A model generated the notes under the pieces. The model saw nothing but the letters and a program-made list of their open reading frames with translations, was not told the origin of the DNA and searched no databases. The translations under genes and the position numbers were made by a program. From Squalus acanthias (lineage: Eukaryota), in contig CM059432.1 of the NCBI GenBank assembly GCA_030390025.1, positions 28,708,001 to 28,772,000 on the forward strand: a stretch of 64,000 bases of DNA, written 5' to 3'. Numbering within the stretch: position 1 is the first letter of the stretch; every line of letters begins with the position of its first letter. Positions 26,291-38,549 of this stretch are shown piece after piece.

Positions 26291-26839
26291 TTATTCATAG
26301 GAGCTGGCGTTGGGACGACAGGTGACTGAACTCCTCTAATGTATGAGCAACATGTGATTGGTTTCAAACGTGGGGTTGATTTTCCCCCTGAATGTTAAAG
26401 TCAGGGATGTGTCCTCAACGTATGGGGCACCTGGTGCTGTGGAGTCTGAAATCTGTCCTTTTTTTATACTTCAGAGCACTGACATCAATAGCTGTCGAAA
26501 AGTCACAATCAGCAGGCTGTTGAAAAAAAGCCCATAAAATATCTTGTGAAGGGGGAAGCTGTGAAGCCCAACAGTGTAAAACAATGATTAAAAGACTATA
26601 GCGGCTGGGACTGGGCTAAGCACCCAGCTGTCCCATGGCACACAAAACACAGCCACACGCAGCATTCAGTACTGCTGGAGGTGGCCATTTATATGTTTGG
26701 TCTTTGGCACAGTGGTGAAAAAAACACTTCCCGAAGAGGGATTCCATGCCTGTAGTGGCAGTAGCGTAATATAAATACAGTACGACTGAGAAATTGAATG
26801 CCTGAAGGGAGGTGATCCTTCTCATTGCATGACTCACTC

Positions 26840-27250
26840 TTAGGAACATAGGAACAGGAGTAGGTCATTCAGCCCTCGAGCCTGTTCCACCATTCAATTA
26901 GATCATGGCAGATCGGTATCTTAACTCCATTTACCCACCTTAGCTTCATTTCCCTTGATAACCTTATCTGACAAAAATCTATTGATCTCAGTCTTGAAAG
27001 TTCCAGTTGACCCAACATCCACAGCCTTTTGGTGGAGAATCCAATATTTCCCTTCTAAATGGCCTAACTCTAATTTTAAAATTATGTTCCCTCGTTCTAG
27101 ATTCTCCCACATGAGGAAATCATTTCTCCGTATCTATCCTTTCAAATCCTTTCAACACTTTAACCACCTTGATCAGATCACCTCTCAATTTTCTATACTC
27201 AAGGGAATACAAGCCTATTTTATTAACCTGTCCTCATAATTTAACTCCCT
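26840..27250 (-). mobile_element. CR1 3-prime fragment
   Basis: (TAGGAACA)n tail and ORF 26921..27112 ending FKTEINRFL...KVGKWS. Confidence 0.85.
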
Positions 27251-27574
27251 CAGCCCCAGAGCTCCAGAGCCTGACCACACTGGTACAAGCTAAGGCTGAA
27301 TGGTACACAGTAAGCGACTGTGCAATGAGGGGAGAGCATAGGTTTGAATTTTATTAGTCATGCGGTTCGGCTCCAGGTTTGTGCCTTGGTCTGCAGCAGC
27401 ACAAGACATTCACCATCTCAGTCCTGCAGGAAGAAGAGAAGCGGGATGGAGAGGAGAGGAATGAATGCAAGACTGAGACAGAAAGAGTGACAGCAAAGGA
27501 AAAGAGAAAAAGAGAGAGACAGGAAGAAAAATAGGGACAAAGAGGAAGTAGAAAACAACTGTGTGGTATGGTAA

Positions 27575-27890
27575 AATAGACCAGGGATATCCCAGGGTTG
27601 ATTCCCAGTCCGTGCTGATCTAACCCATAATGGTGTTGGGGGTGCTACAGTTGGCCTCAGTGTTCTTGGGTTAGGGAGGGGTGAAATACCTGATCAAAGA
27701 CCCCTTTTGGACATTGGAACTGTAAGGCAAGGATTGGGCTCGGCTGCAGTCCCCCATCTGACTGCAACACTGAACATCAAGGCTACACATGAAGAATGCC
27801 CAGTCGGGTAATGTACGGCAGGACTGTTGGTGTCCGCGGAACCCTAACCCACCATGTTAGTGCCTCAAGGGGAGAAAATTGAGGTGGAGG
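27575..27890 (+). mobile_element. LF-SINE-like SINE, degenerate
   Basis: ttggcctcag...gggttagggagggg, ggattgggctcggctg and ggctacacatgaagaatg blocks. Confidence 0.62.
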
Positions 27891-28223
27891 GGGAAAAGAA
27901 AAACACTTTTTTGTCTAGACAGTTTAATAACTGCACAAATTTATTGTAAATAAATTATATAATAAAATCAATGGCTTAAAATACAGCTGTTCTAAAAAAA
28001 ATAATAATCAGACACACAGCACTTAGAAGAGTTCACAAACTTTACACGCCCACAGACATTATTGTGGGAAAGGAAGCCTGTGGTTCTATCTGTAAATAAA
28101 TGGGACTGCAAAGGGACCTGAATTATTTTGCTCCCAATCTGTTTTTACACACAGTGCGGGTAAGAATTCCTCTGGCTCTGTGCTGAAACCATAAATGTGT
28201 TTGAAATGCGGAATAGACAGAAC

Positions 28224-29544
28224 GGGGGTAATTTTAACCCCAAAAACGGGTGGATTGGGATCAGGTGGGATGTTAAAATCTTAAAATTCTCAAAGCCGAC
28301 CCCAACCTGCCTCCAACCCGCCCACTTCTGGTTTTAACGGAGGCGGGACGGGGGCAGGCAATCAGCCCACTCCCAGGAGGCGGATTGGCCATTTAAATAT
28401 TATAATGAGGCTGCGTGCCTCATATTTAACCTATAAGAACATAAGAACATAAGAAATAGGAGCAGGAGTAGGCCATGTGTTGCCTCGAGCCTGCTCCGCC
28501 ATTCAATAAGATCATGGCTGATCTTCTACCTCATCTCCACTTTCCGGCCCTAGCTCCATATCCCTTAATTCCCTTAGTGCCCAAAAATCTATCGGTCTCG
28601 TCTTGAATATACTCATCGACTGAGCCTCCACAGCCCTCTGGGGAAGAGAATTCCAAAGATTCACCACCCTCTGAGTGAAGAAATTTCTCCTCACTCAGTC
28701 CTAAATGGCCGACCCCTTCTTCTGAGACTGTGACCCCCTAGTTCTAGACTCTTCAGCCAGGGGAAACAGCCTCTCAGCATCTACCCTGTCAATCCCCCTC
28801 AGAATCTTATATGTTTCAATGGGATCACCTCTCGTTCTTCGAAACTCCAGAGAATATAGGCCGAGTCTACTCAATCTCTCCTCATCGGACAACCCTCTCA
28901 TCCCAGGGATCAATCTAGTGAACCTTCATTGCACCCCCTCTAAGGCAAGTATATCCTTCCTTAGGTAAGGAGACCAAAACTGTGCACAGTACTCCAGGTG
29001 TAGTCTTACCAAAGCCCTGTACAATTGCAGCATGACTTCCTCACTGTTAGTACCCTTATACTCCAACCCCCTTGCAATAAAGGTTAATATTCCATTTGCC
29101 TTCCTAATTGCTTGCTGTACCTGCAGGATTTAACCCTTGCCGGCCAGCAGCTAAAGGGAGGCGAGGACTGCTTCATGGAAAAGGTAAGTGCCTTTACAGC
29201 ACTGCTTGTTGGCCAAGAGGAGCAGGAGTGCCATCGGACTCCCCGCCCCCACCCCGGGATACAAAGAATCCCCCCGCGATCGGACCCCTCCCCACAAGAT
29301 CTGGACCCCACTACACTCCCACTAACCTAGCTGCAGGCTCCCTACCTGCTCCTGGCCTGTGGCCTCCTTTGGAACGTTCCCCACATGACAGGGAGCCAAG
29401 CCTGTCAATCAGGCTGGCTTCCGAGAGGGGAACCTGCTTGAAATAAAAGATGCACACTGGAACATTAAAACCTGCACAGCGTGTGGGGCCCGGCCATAAC
29501 TCCTCCCCATCCCTGCTTACAAAACCCGAGTAAATATCGAGGTC
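28224..29544. mobile_element. Probable Harbinger-like element carrying a nested CR1
   Basis: Left end gggggtaattttaaccc; right end degenerate; AAC on both flanks. GC-rich halves are continuous across the CR1. Confidence 0.55.
28433..29124 (-). mobile_element. CR1 3-prime fragment nested in the TIR element
   Basis: ORFs 28512..28694 and 28701..28913, and (TAAGAACA)n tail. Confidence 0.92.
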
Positions 29545-30660
29545 AACGTGATTACAATGTCGCTGCGCATGAAAGTGAATTAACCAATCCCGTGCTCCCA
29601 GTGGGGAGCCATGCTTGAAGGGAGTGCGGATCACAGAATCGGTACTTTCGTCCCGAGGCCCTGTCTCTATCCAATGCTGCCTTTGAGTTCGGCTTCCCGC
29701 TGGGAACATGGGATCTGGATTTACCTTATAGTGGCCAAAGGAATTCTTACCACAGTGTCACACATAGGAACTGTGTCGTCATTTATTGTGGATCGTGCAA
29801 TCACCCCTAATATTTACCTCCAATGTTTATGAAACAGTTCTTACGCCAAATGGGTGTCCCGATGCAGCTTGGCGGATTGAGGCGTCTCACTATCAGACTG
29901 CCCTGGCTGCCAGCAAGGTAAGTACAGATGAGGGGGCGGGGGGGTGGGGGGGGGGGGTGGCTGTTGCGATCGCAGAGGGTGGGGGTCCCAGAGCGGCAGT
30001 GGCCCAGATTACTTTTGTGGAGCTCGCACATCTAGGCCAGACCAGATAAGGACGGCAGGTTTCCTTCCCTAAAGGACATCAGTGAACCAGTTTAGTTTTT
30101 ACAACAATCCGACAGCTTCATGGTCACTGATTTACTGATGTCAGCTTTTTATTTCCACATTTTTTAAATAGATTCAAATTCTCAAACTGCCACAGTGAGA
30201 TTTGAACTTAAATTGCTCTCATAACCACTACGCTACCATACCCCCTCATAATATACTGAATGAGTACAGACGTTGACACTGATATTTGCAGATGTATGCA
30301 CTATTTGATCCTAAAGCCATTATTTATTTGTTTTATCTATATTTAGTAAACGTTTTGTGTGTGGCATGCACTTCCTTTCCACAAACATTAGTTCCTAAAA
30401 CACTTTTTATGTCAACAGTTAGAATGGAAACTTCATTTGTAAACATTTATAATGGGATTCCAGTATGTCAACACTTTATAATGGGAAAAATATATGTAAA
30501 CATTTGATCATCATGCTTTCTTAATCAACCAATTAAAAAGTTTTCTTCCACCATTTTTTCCTGGTAACTGAAATTTCTTATGTCCAAATAAGGTTTTAAA
30601 CAAAATTTAAAAAATACATATTTCCCAATGTGATTAAATGTGGCCATTTAATTGTTTTAC

Positions 30661-30857
30661 ACAAAAGCAAAATACAGCAGATGCTGGAAATCTGAAATAA
30701 AAACAGAACATGCTGGAAATACTCAGCAAGTCAGGCAGCATCTGTGGAGGGAGAAACAGAGTTAACGTTTCAGGTCGATGACCTTTTGTCAGATTTGACA
30801 AAAGGTCATCGACCTGAAACATTAACTCTGTTTCTCTCTCCACAGATGCTGTCTGAA
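30661..30857. repeat. Penelope-like pseudo-LTR inverted-repeat relic
   Basis: Arms of about 60 bp (30731-30791 and 30796-30856) form a near-perfect hairpin. Related single arms at about 52155-52245, 57860-57945 and 62562-62650. Confidence 0.7.
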
Positions 30858-32074
30858 TTGTTTTATACCTTTATTAAAGTTTGTAAAGTCTGAGGTCTCA
30901 TCCTCTCGGAAGAGCTTCTGCTTAGACCTGATATTTTTGTGATGACTCCATTACGCTGAAGTTAGATTCTACAGTCTGAGTATATGCATGTTTGGACATT
31001 TTCCCAGGTGTATCAGTAGCATTTAGACTCGCCAAATGATAGAATAACTCTCTCCCAGTCTTCAACAAAATCAAGATTCTTACAGCACAGAAGGAGGCCA
31101 TTCAGCCCATTGTTCCTGTGCCAGCTCTTTGAAAGAGCTATCCAATTAGTCCCATTCCCCTGCTCTTTTTCCATAGCCCTGCAAATTTTTCCTTTTCAAC
31201 TATATTCCTTTTGAAAGTTACGATTGAATCTGCTTCCACCAACTTTTCAGGCAGTGCAAAAGCTATTTCATTGTCTTTCAAAATAATTTGAAGAAAGGCT
31301 ACAAGATAAATTTCAAAAGCTTTGTTCAAGTTAAATTGATATTGAGTGTTTTTAAAACATCTTTGTGCATGAGAGAGAGAACGAGAAAAAACATGACAGA
31401 CTATATTGCTCACATACGTGCTTTAATGAGTGTTCAAGTTATAAATACTGTATAAGCTTCAGAGTGTCTTTCCTCAACGGAATTTTTCTTTGTTAGAAAG
31501 AAAATGAATTGAATTTTTAAAGCAAGTTGCCGTGAAGGTGTGTTGGCGGGGTGGGGGTGGAGGTGGGGGGGGGGGGGGGGGGGGGTGGAGGTGGGGGGTG
31601 CGGAGGGGAGAGGGGGAAGGAGTCCTGCGGTGCCAGTGGCCCAGATTATTTCTGTGGACCCAAGAGGAGCAATTATGCATGGAGCGTGAAATCTGCAGTG
31701 TGAAGTTTGCAGTGTAATGTCTGTGTGTGCTCACATACTGTATTATGTTATAGCTGTTGACTGACAAAAGCTTATGGGTTGCGTAATAATTGTGCTGTTA
31801 CATAATACATGCTGTATTCATAGTATTTGAATGACCGAATTCGGGGGAACTCCTATCTATTTTTGGGCCGACTGGTATCTTAAATTTTCAGGTTACATAA
31901 TCTGATGCTGAAATTAGCATCAATATTACAGAAATAAAGCTATTCAAACAGTAGAAATAACTTTATTATTGTAATATTTAATCTAAAGTACTAAATTGAA
32001 GAGTAACACTTAAATCTATCTGTCTATTATTTAATCATTGTGCACATATCCAGTTCACTGGCAGCTGTCAAGTG

Positions 32075-33277
32075 TCAGCTGTGGCTCAGTGGTAGCACTC
32101 GCTCGTCTGAGTCAAAGGGTTGAGGGTTCAAGTCCCATTCTAGATACTTGAGCACAAAATTTAGGCTGACATTCCAGTGCAGTCCGAAGGGAGTGTTGCA
32201 CTGTTGGAGGTGCCGTCTTTCAGACGAGAAATTAAACCTCTCAGGCGGATGTAAAAGATCCCATGACACTATTTCGAAGAAGAGTAAGAAAGTTCTCCCT
32301 GGTGTCCCAGCCAATATTTGTCCGTCAACCAATATCACTAAAAACACATTGGGCCAGAAATTCGGGTCTCCACGGGTGAGTACGCGCTGTGTACTCACCC
32401 GTAGACCCAACGAAAGTGCCGGTTTCGCGCATGCGCTGGAAACCAGAACTTCCGTTCCCCTGAAGGAAGGGGTTCAGAGGTCGAACGCGTGCGCCAGAGA
32501 GGCAGCGCATAGACCTCGAACTTTGTTTTTTTTTTTCAGGTTTCTCCGTGAGGGTAAGTACGGAGAAGCTGCGCAGGGAAAAAGGAGGCGCAAGGCCTGT
32601 TTTTAACAAGGTAAGTGATGAATTAAGTACAATTTTAAAAAATTTTCAACAGGTTTATCTTTTTTACATACTTTAAAGAAAGGTAAGTTTATTTTTAGCA
32701 CCGTTAAAAAGTGTAATTAATTTTTTCAAAAATTTAAATTTTTGTTTAAAGTAGTTAATTTATGTAATTTATAGTTATTTTAAAAATGTGATTTAAAAAA
32801 AAATGTATTTGAAGTTTTAGTGAGGTTTTGGGGCTGATCTCCATTCATAGATTTGACAGGTCTTCCTGTCAAATCTATGAATGAAGATTCCCTGCTCCGA
32901 TTGGCTCTCCATGGCCCACGTGATCCCAGGGGACACTTCGAACTAACTGCGCCGCTGGGATACGCAAGCACTGCGCACCGGCAGCTGGAGGAGGCCCAGG
33001 AGCCGAATTCCACGCAGGCCCGACAGCACAGCGGCAGGCGCGGTATGTAAGTACACGCGCAATTCTTGCACCCGCGGGAAGCCGGAGAGCCGAATTTCTG
33101 GCCCATTATCTGGTCATTATCACATTGCAGTTTGAGAGACCTTGCTGTGTGAAAATTGGCTGCTGCGTTTCCTATATTTCAACAGTGACTACACTTCAAA
33201 AGTATTTCACTCGTTGTAAAGCGCTTTGGGACGTCCTAAGGTTGTGAAAGCTGTTATATAAATGCAAGAGCTTTCTT
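32075..33277 (+). mobile_element. DeuSINE interrupted by a family A TIR element
   Basis: Head and core at 32075-32350, remainder at 33105-33277. Confidence 0.88.
32351..33104. mobile_element. Harbinger-like non-autonomous TIR element, family A, reverse orientation
   Basis: Perfect 15-bp TIR gggccagaaattcgg / ccgaatttctggccc with ATT TSD (32348-32350, 33105-33107). Confidence 0.93.
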
Positions 33278-33909
33278 TTAATGACCTCATTGGTCCATGA
33301 TATGCTGTCGCTTTATAATGAATGATGGTCAGTGGAAACCTGACCATATGTTTTCTCCAATTAGGTGCTGACAGCTTTGCCAAGTCGGCCAAAAGTTAGA
33401 AACCATTACTGACAGCAGTCTGTTTGTGAAAGGCTTGTGCAAACCTATGAAACTTTTCCTGACACAACCAATTTTATTCATCTTCATCCTTAAATTTCCA
33501 CTGAATTCACTTACCATTAATATGCATTTCTAATTATCCCTCGGTCTAAATTTAGCTTCCTGAGCTGTTCTCTTGGACTTAGGGACCATTGCAGCCTCAT
33601 AGATTGGCAGATCTGGTTGTTTTAACTGAAATTTGAATTTATGTTGTTTTCCCAGTGTAACTACTCCACTCCCACTGGCCCACTCTGCTCCCCTCCCCTG
33701 TGATCTTCTCTGTGACCTCATGCTGCATTCCCCGTGCCGCTCCCTTGCCCAGTGCACATGAATTAGCCTTTCCAAATGGCAGAGGTCTGAAAGGTTGCAC
33801 ATCTACAGATGGCTGCAAATTTCAGAACCCAAGGCCAAGGTGAAGTATACAATCTGCAGAAGAGCAGGAGAAGGCACGCCCAAGGCCTCTTAGAAATGGC
33901 TGGCCTGCG

Positions 33910-34405
33910 TGGTTAAAAACTCTGCTGTTCGTATCCTATCTCGCACCAAGTCCCATTCGCCCATCGCCCCTGTACACGTCAACCTACATTGACTCCCGGT
34001 CCAGCAATGTCCCGAATTTAAAATTCTCATCCTTGTGTTCAAATCCCTCCATGGCCTCGCGCCTCCCTATCTCTGTAACCTTGTCCAGCCCTACAACTCT
34101 CCAAGAACTCTGGATTCCTCTAATTCTGGCCTCTTGCGCATCCCCTATTTTAATTGCTCCACCATTGGCAGCCAAGCCTTCAGCTGTCTAGGTCCGAAGC
34201 TCTGGAATTCACTCCCTAAACCTTTCCGCCTCTCCATCTCCCTCTCCTCCTTTAAGATGCTCCTCAAAACCTACATCTTTGACCAAGCTTTTGGTCACCT
34301 GTCCTATCATCTCCTTATGTGCCTTGATGCCAAATTTTGTCTGATTACACTCCTGTGAAGCGCCTTGGGATGCTTTACTACATTAAAGACGCTATATAAA
34401 TGCAA
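33910..34405 (+). mobile_element. L2 LINE 3-prime end
   Basis: ORF 34035..34358 (FKSLHGLAPPYL...AFSCLGPKLWNSLP) and L2 tail. Confidence 0.88.
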
Positions 34406-34639
34406 AATGTTTTGTTGTTTTTATGAGGAATAGTGGCACAAATGTTTTTTCATCGAACTATTTTCAGTATCAGCTGTGGCTCAGTTGGTAGCACTCTCAC
34501 CTTTGAATTAGAAGTTCGTGGGTTCATAGTCCCACTCCATGAGACCTGAGCACAAAAATCTAGGCTAACACTCCAGTGCAGTACTGAGGGAGTGTCGTAG
34601 ATGCCATCTTTTGGATGAGACATTAAATCAGTCTCCTGC

Positions 34640-35800
34640 CAGAGTTATAGTGGGGTCACTAATTAGATTAGGTGAAGTTGGGATTATTAAATAGAGTAGG
34701 TGGGGCTGGGGGGTTGTTAATTAGAGTGCAGGGAAGGGGAGTTGCTAATTAGAGTAGGTGGGGCTGCTGATGCTAATTTGAGTAGATGGGTTGAGTTATC
34801 AATATTTGTTTGTGGGGGCGGGGTTGTTAATTTGAGTAAGTGAGGCTCAGGTTGATAAGGTTTCATTTCCCTTCATGAGCATATTTACTTGTTATATAAT
34901 TCAGTCACATCCTCTCTCCCCGTCATAACCTTTGTGTACTGTTTCTATATTTAGAATCAGGAACTTGAGGAAGGACAGGATTGAAAGCAAATATAACTAC
35001 ACCCAAATCTCCAAGCCTGCTAAAGCAAAGGCTAATATTTACTAAGGCCTGGTTTGTCATCCTAACTCTAGTGTGTACTGACATATCATTTCCTGTCTGC
35101 TTATAAATCCGAATGTTTTTGTTAGGGAGGGGGAGGAGGCTGGCTCCGGATTCACTGTGGTGATATAATGTGATAATAAACATACTAGAAAGTTTAAAGC
35201 TGCAGTGGGGAGGAGTAGGATGGTGAAGAAAGAGGGAAGAAGAGGAGAGACAAAAGAAGAGGCGAGGAGAGAGAATAGCAAAGAGAGAAAATAGCAAAGA
35301 GAGAAGAAGGAAGGAGAGGTGGAGCAGGACACTGAGGACAGCCAGAAGGAGGGGAAAGAAGGATGGGTAGAGGTGAAATGAAAGCTGAGGAACAATAGAG
35401 GAGAGAGAAGAGAGTTGCAAGGAGAGGAGAGTCATATACAGAAGAATAGAAGAAATGGAGAATGGGAAGCAGAGAGGAAAGACATTGAGAGACTTCTGGT
35501 GAGGAGAGAGAGAAGGAAACTTCAAGATGGGTCATTAATGCTGGGACTGAGGGTTTTATTTTGAGTAAGTGGGCTCAGGTTACTAAATAGACTAGGGCTG
35601 CTGGGGTTACTAATGCGAGTAGGTGGAGCTGGGATTATTGTGGTGCTGTGGTCGTTAATTAGAGTTTGTGGGGCTGAGGTGCTACTTAGAGTAGCTGGAG
35701 CTGGGTTACTAATTACAGTAGGTGGGACAGTGTTACTAATTAGCATAGTTGGGGTTGCTCTTAGAGTAGGTTGGTTGCATTTGCTGATATTTTCATGAGC
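34640..35800. repeat. Two degenerate arrays with a unit of about 30 bp (34640-34880, 35530-35800), flanking unique and GA-rich sequence
   Basis: Unit resembles gttactaattagagtaggtggggctgg. GA-rich tract at about 35210-35520. Confidence 0.7.
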
Positions 35801-36221
35801 AAATACACTGCAATGTAATAACTGAATTGTGGCAATTGAGCTATTTCTAAGAATGGAGCTTTATATTATGTATTAATATCCTTACTTTTAACCAATAGGA
35901 TTGTCAGACCACTTTCACCTACCTAGAAATTAGCCTCTAAATAGTAGCAATAATGAAAATATTGAATATTCTGGCAGTTTAAACTGGATGCTTTTTATTG
36001 GCAATAACTTTGAATTGAAACATGCAACAGGGCCGGGTCAAAGCATTTGCAGAGCTTAAAAGGCCTCAGTAGCAAAAAGAGCCATATGCAGGCTTGAGTC
36101 AACCTTATTTGACTCAAAGAAGGGTGTGTTAACAAGGTTCTATATCCTAGGAATGACTTAGTGCACAGATAAAGCAAATCCCACAAACACAAACTTGTGA
36201 ATTTAGAATATAAAAATGACA

Positions 36222-37045
36222 ACTTATATTTATATAGCACCTTTTACTGTAGTAAAACGTCCCAAGGTGCTTCACAGGAGTGTAATCAGACAGAAATTGA
36301 CACTGAGCCAAAGAAGGAGACATTAGGATCGGTGACCAAACACTTAGTCAAAGAGGTAGATTTTAAACACAGTGTTAAAGGTGGAAAGGCGCAGATGTTT
36401 GGGGAGGGAATTCCAGAGTTTAGGTTTTAGTTGGCTGAAGGCACAGTTACCAATGGTGAGGTGACGGAAGTGGGGTATGGACAAGAGGCCAGAGTTGGAG
36501 GAACTCTTGAGTATTTGGAGGGTTGTAGAGCTGGAGGAGGTTACAGAGATAAGGAGAGGCGAACCCATGGAGGGATTTGAACATGAGGATGAGAATTTTT
36601 TTTTTAAATGTTGGTGGTCTGGGAGTCAATGTAGGTCAGCGAGCACATGGGTGATGGGTAAACGGGACTTTTTTATTCATTCCTGGGATGTGGGCATCGC
36701 ATTTATTACCCATCCCTAATTGCTCTTGAGAAGGTGGTGGTGAGCCACCTTCTTGAACCGCTGCAGTCCATGTGGTGAGGGTACTCCCACAGTACTGTTG
36801 GGAGGGAGTTCCAGGATTTTGACACAGCGACGATGAAGGAACGGCGATATATTTCCAAGTAAGGATGGTGTGTGACTTGGAGGGGAACTTGGAGGTGGTG
36901 GTGTTCCCATGTGCCTGCTGCCCATGTCCTTCTAGGTGGAAGAGATCGCGGGTTTGGGAGGTGCTGCCGAAGAAGCCTTGGCGAGTTGCTGCAGTGTATC
37001 TTGTATATGCTATGAATTAGGATATGGGCAGCAGAGTTTTGGTCT
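36222..37045 (-). mobile_element. L2 3-prime fragment with a nested second CR1-group LINE 3-prime end (about 36670-37005)
   Basis: L2 tail at 36222. The 36670-37005 segment is the reverse complement of about 44040-44385. L2-like sequence resumes at about 37012. Confidence 0.8.
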
Positions 37046-37280
37046 GCATAGGGGTAATCTTATTAATTAGCATTCATTGCGCGGGGCTTCATCTGCAGGG
37101 ATCAGTTATTGAGAATTCGGGCACACGACTCCTGTAAAAATTAATGGACAGAAAATCATACCGCGCTCTCAACCATATTCCTGATATGCAATGCCATTTC
37201 TTGGATCACTCATTCGTAAAATGATCGCTTATATCCATTATTTGGAAGGTGATGATCTCCTCTGTATCTCACCATCTAAT

Positions 37281-38025
37281 GGCCCAGAAATTAAAGACGG
37301 AGCCTTCCTGCGGGGGTAAGGCTTCCCCGCGATATCTCACTGCACGCCTGCCTTTTCATTCCGAGCTCACACGAACTTTAGTTTCAAGGCTGCAGCTGTG
37401 CAGTGCTTGCGTATCCCACAGATGCAGTTAATTCGTGCGAGCTGTGGGATCACGTGATTCAGTTAGAGCCAATGGCAGCACACCATCTTTCATTCATAGT
37501 TTTCACAGCAAGGGCTGTGAAAGCTATGAATCTATACCCCCCCCAAAAGAACAGCTAAACCTTAATTAAATTTTAAAAAAAAACCATCACATTAATAAAA
37601 TAAGTATAGTTAAATAAATTAACCACTTTAAACAAAAAATTAAATTTTTGAAAAAATTTTAAATCTTTTTAAAAGTTATAAAAATAAACTTACCTTTCTT
37701 TAAAGTCTCTAAAAAAGATATACCTGTTGAAAAAAATTCAAAATAATACTTAATTAACTACTTACCTTGTTAAAAGAGGGTCTTACGCCTCCTTTCTTTA
37801 TGTGCAAAATCTTCCATGCTTACCTGCGCGTTCAAAGCACTAAGTGCACTGCGTGCGCGCAGCCTGTAGCGCACACGCGGTTCACCTAGGAACCGCCCCC
37901 TTTTGAAATCACCAAGTGCCGGTTTTCAGCGCATGCGCAGTGCATGCAGAAAACCGGCAATTGGAGACAGAATACGCGAGAGTACACAGTGCGTACTCTC
38001 GCGTAGTGAGACTAATTTTTGGGCC
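37281..38025. mobile_element. Harbinger-like non-autonomous TIR element, family A
   Basis: TIR ggcccagaaatta / taatttttgggcc with AAT TSD (37278-37280, 38026-38028). Internal homology to 32351-33104 in reverse. Confidence 0.88.
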
Positions 38026-38549
38026 AATATAACCCTCCAGGTTCAGCTGATGAATGAACTGATTGAGCTTTTGCTCTCATGTTTCATGGTGTCATCTGAA
38101 CCGCCTTAATCACTGCACTGTAATATGCTGGCAGTCATCCAGTCCCCTCTAAAGAGTCAACACTTGGAACATAACACCTAAGCTTGTTTTATTGTTTAAA
38201 TCGGTATTTAATACATTTTAATAAGGTGTTTTATTGGCACTACTATGGCCATTGCTCCTTTCATGTTCCTCCCAGATTCGTTGTTATACATGCTCTCTGC
38301 ATTCTCATTTTGTTGAAATGGAGACTCAACACGCTGTCTCCTATTCTAACTCTTCCTTTCTTAGGAACGGAAAACAGTGGGACAGTCATATTCTACAGTC
38401 TGGAGGCTTCTTACACCCAAGCTTGGTGTCACCTTGCCACTACTTCTTGATTCATCCTATTTCACCCATATTCTTTTCAACCTTGGTGGTTACTATCATG
38501 TAAAGTGGGCCTTATCTCATCATCTAGCCTTGTTAATTGAAAACAATAT

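Noticed and set aside
34923..35535. 200-aa Leu/Ser/Phe-rich ORF resembling a membrane protein
   Set aside because: It is the translation of a GA/CT low-complexity tract.
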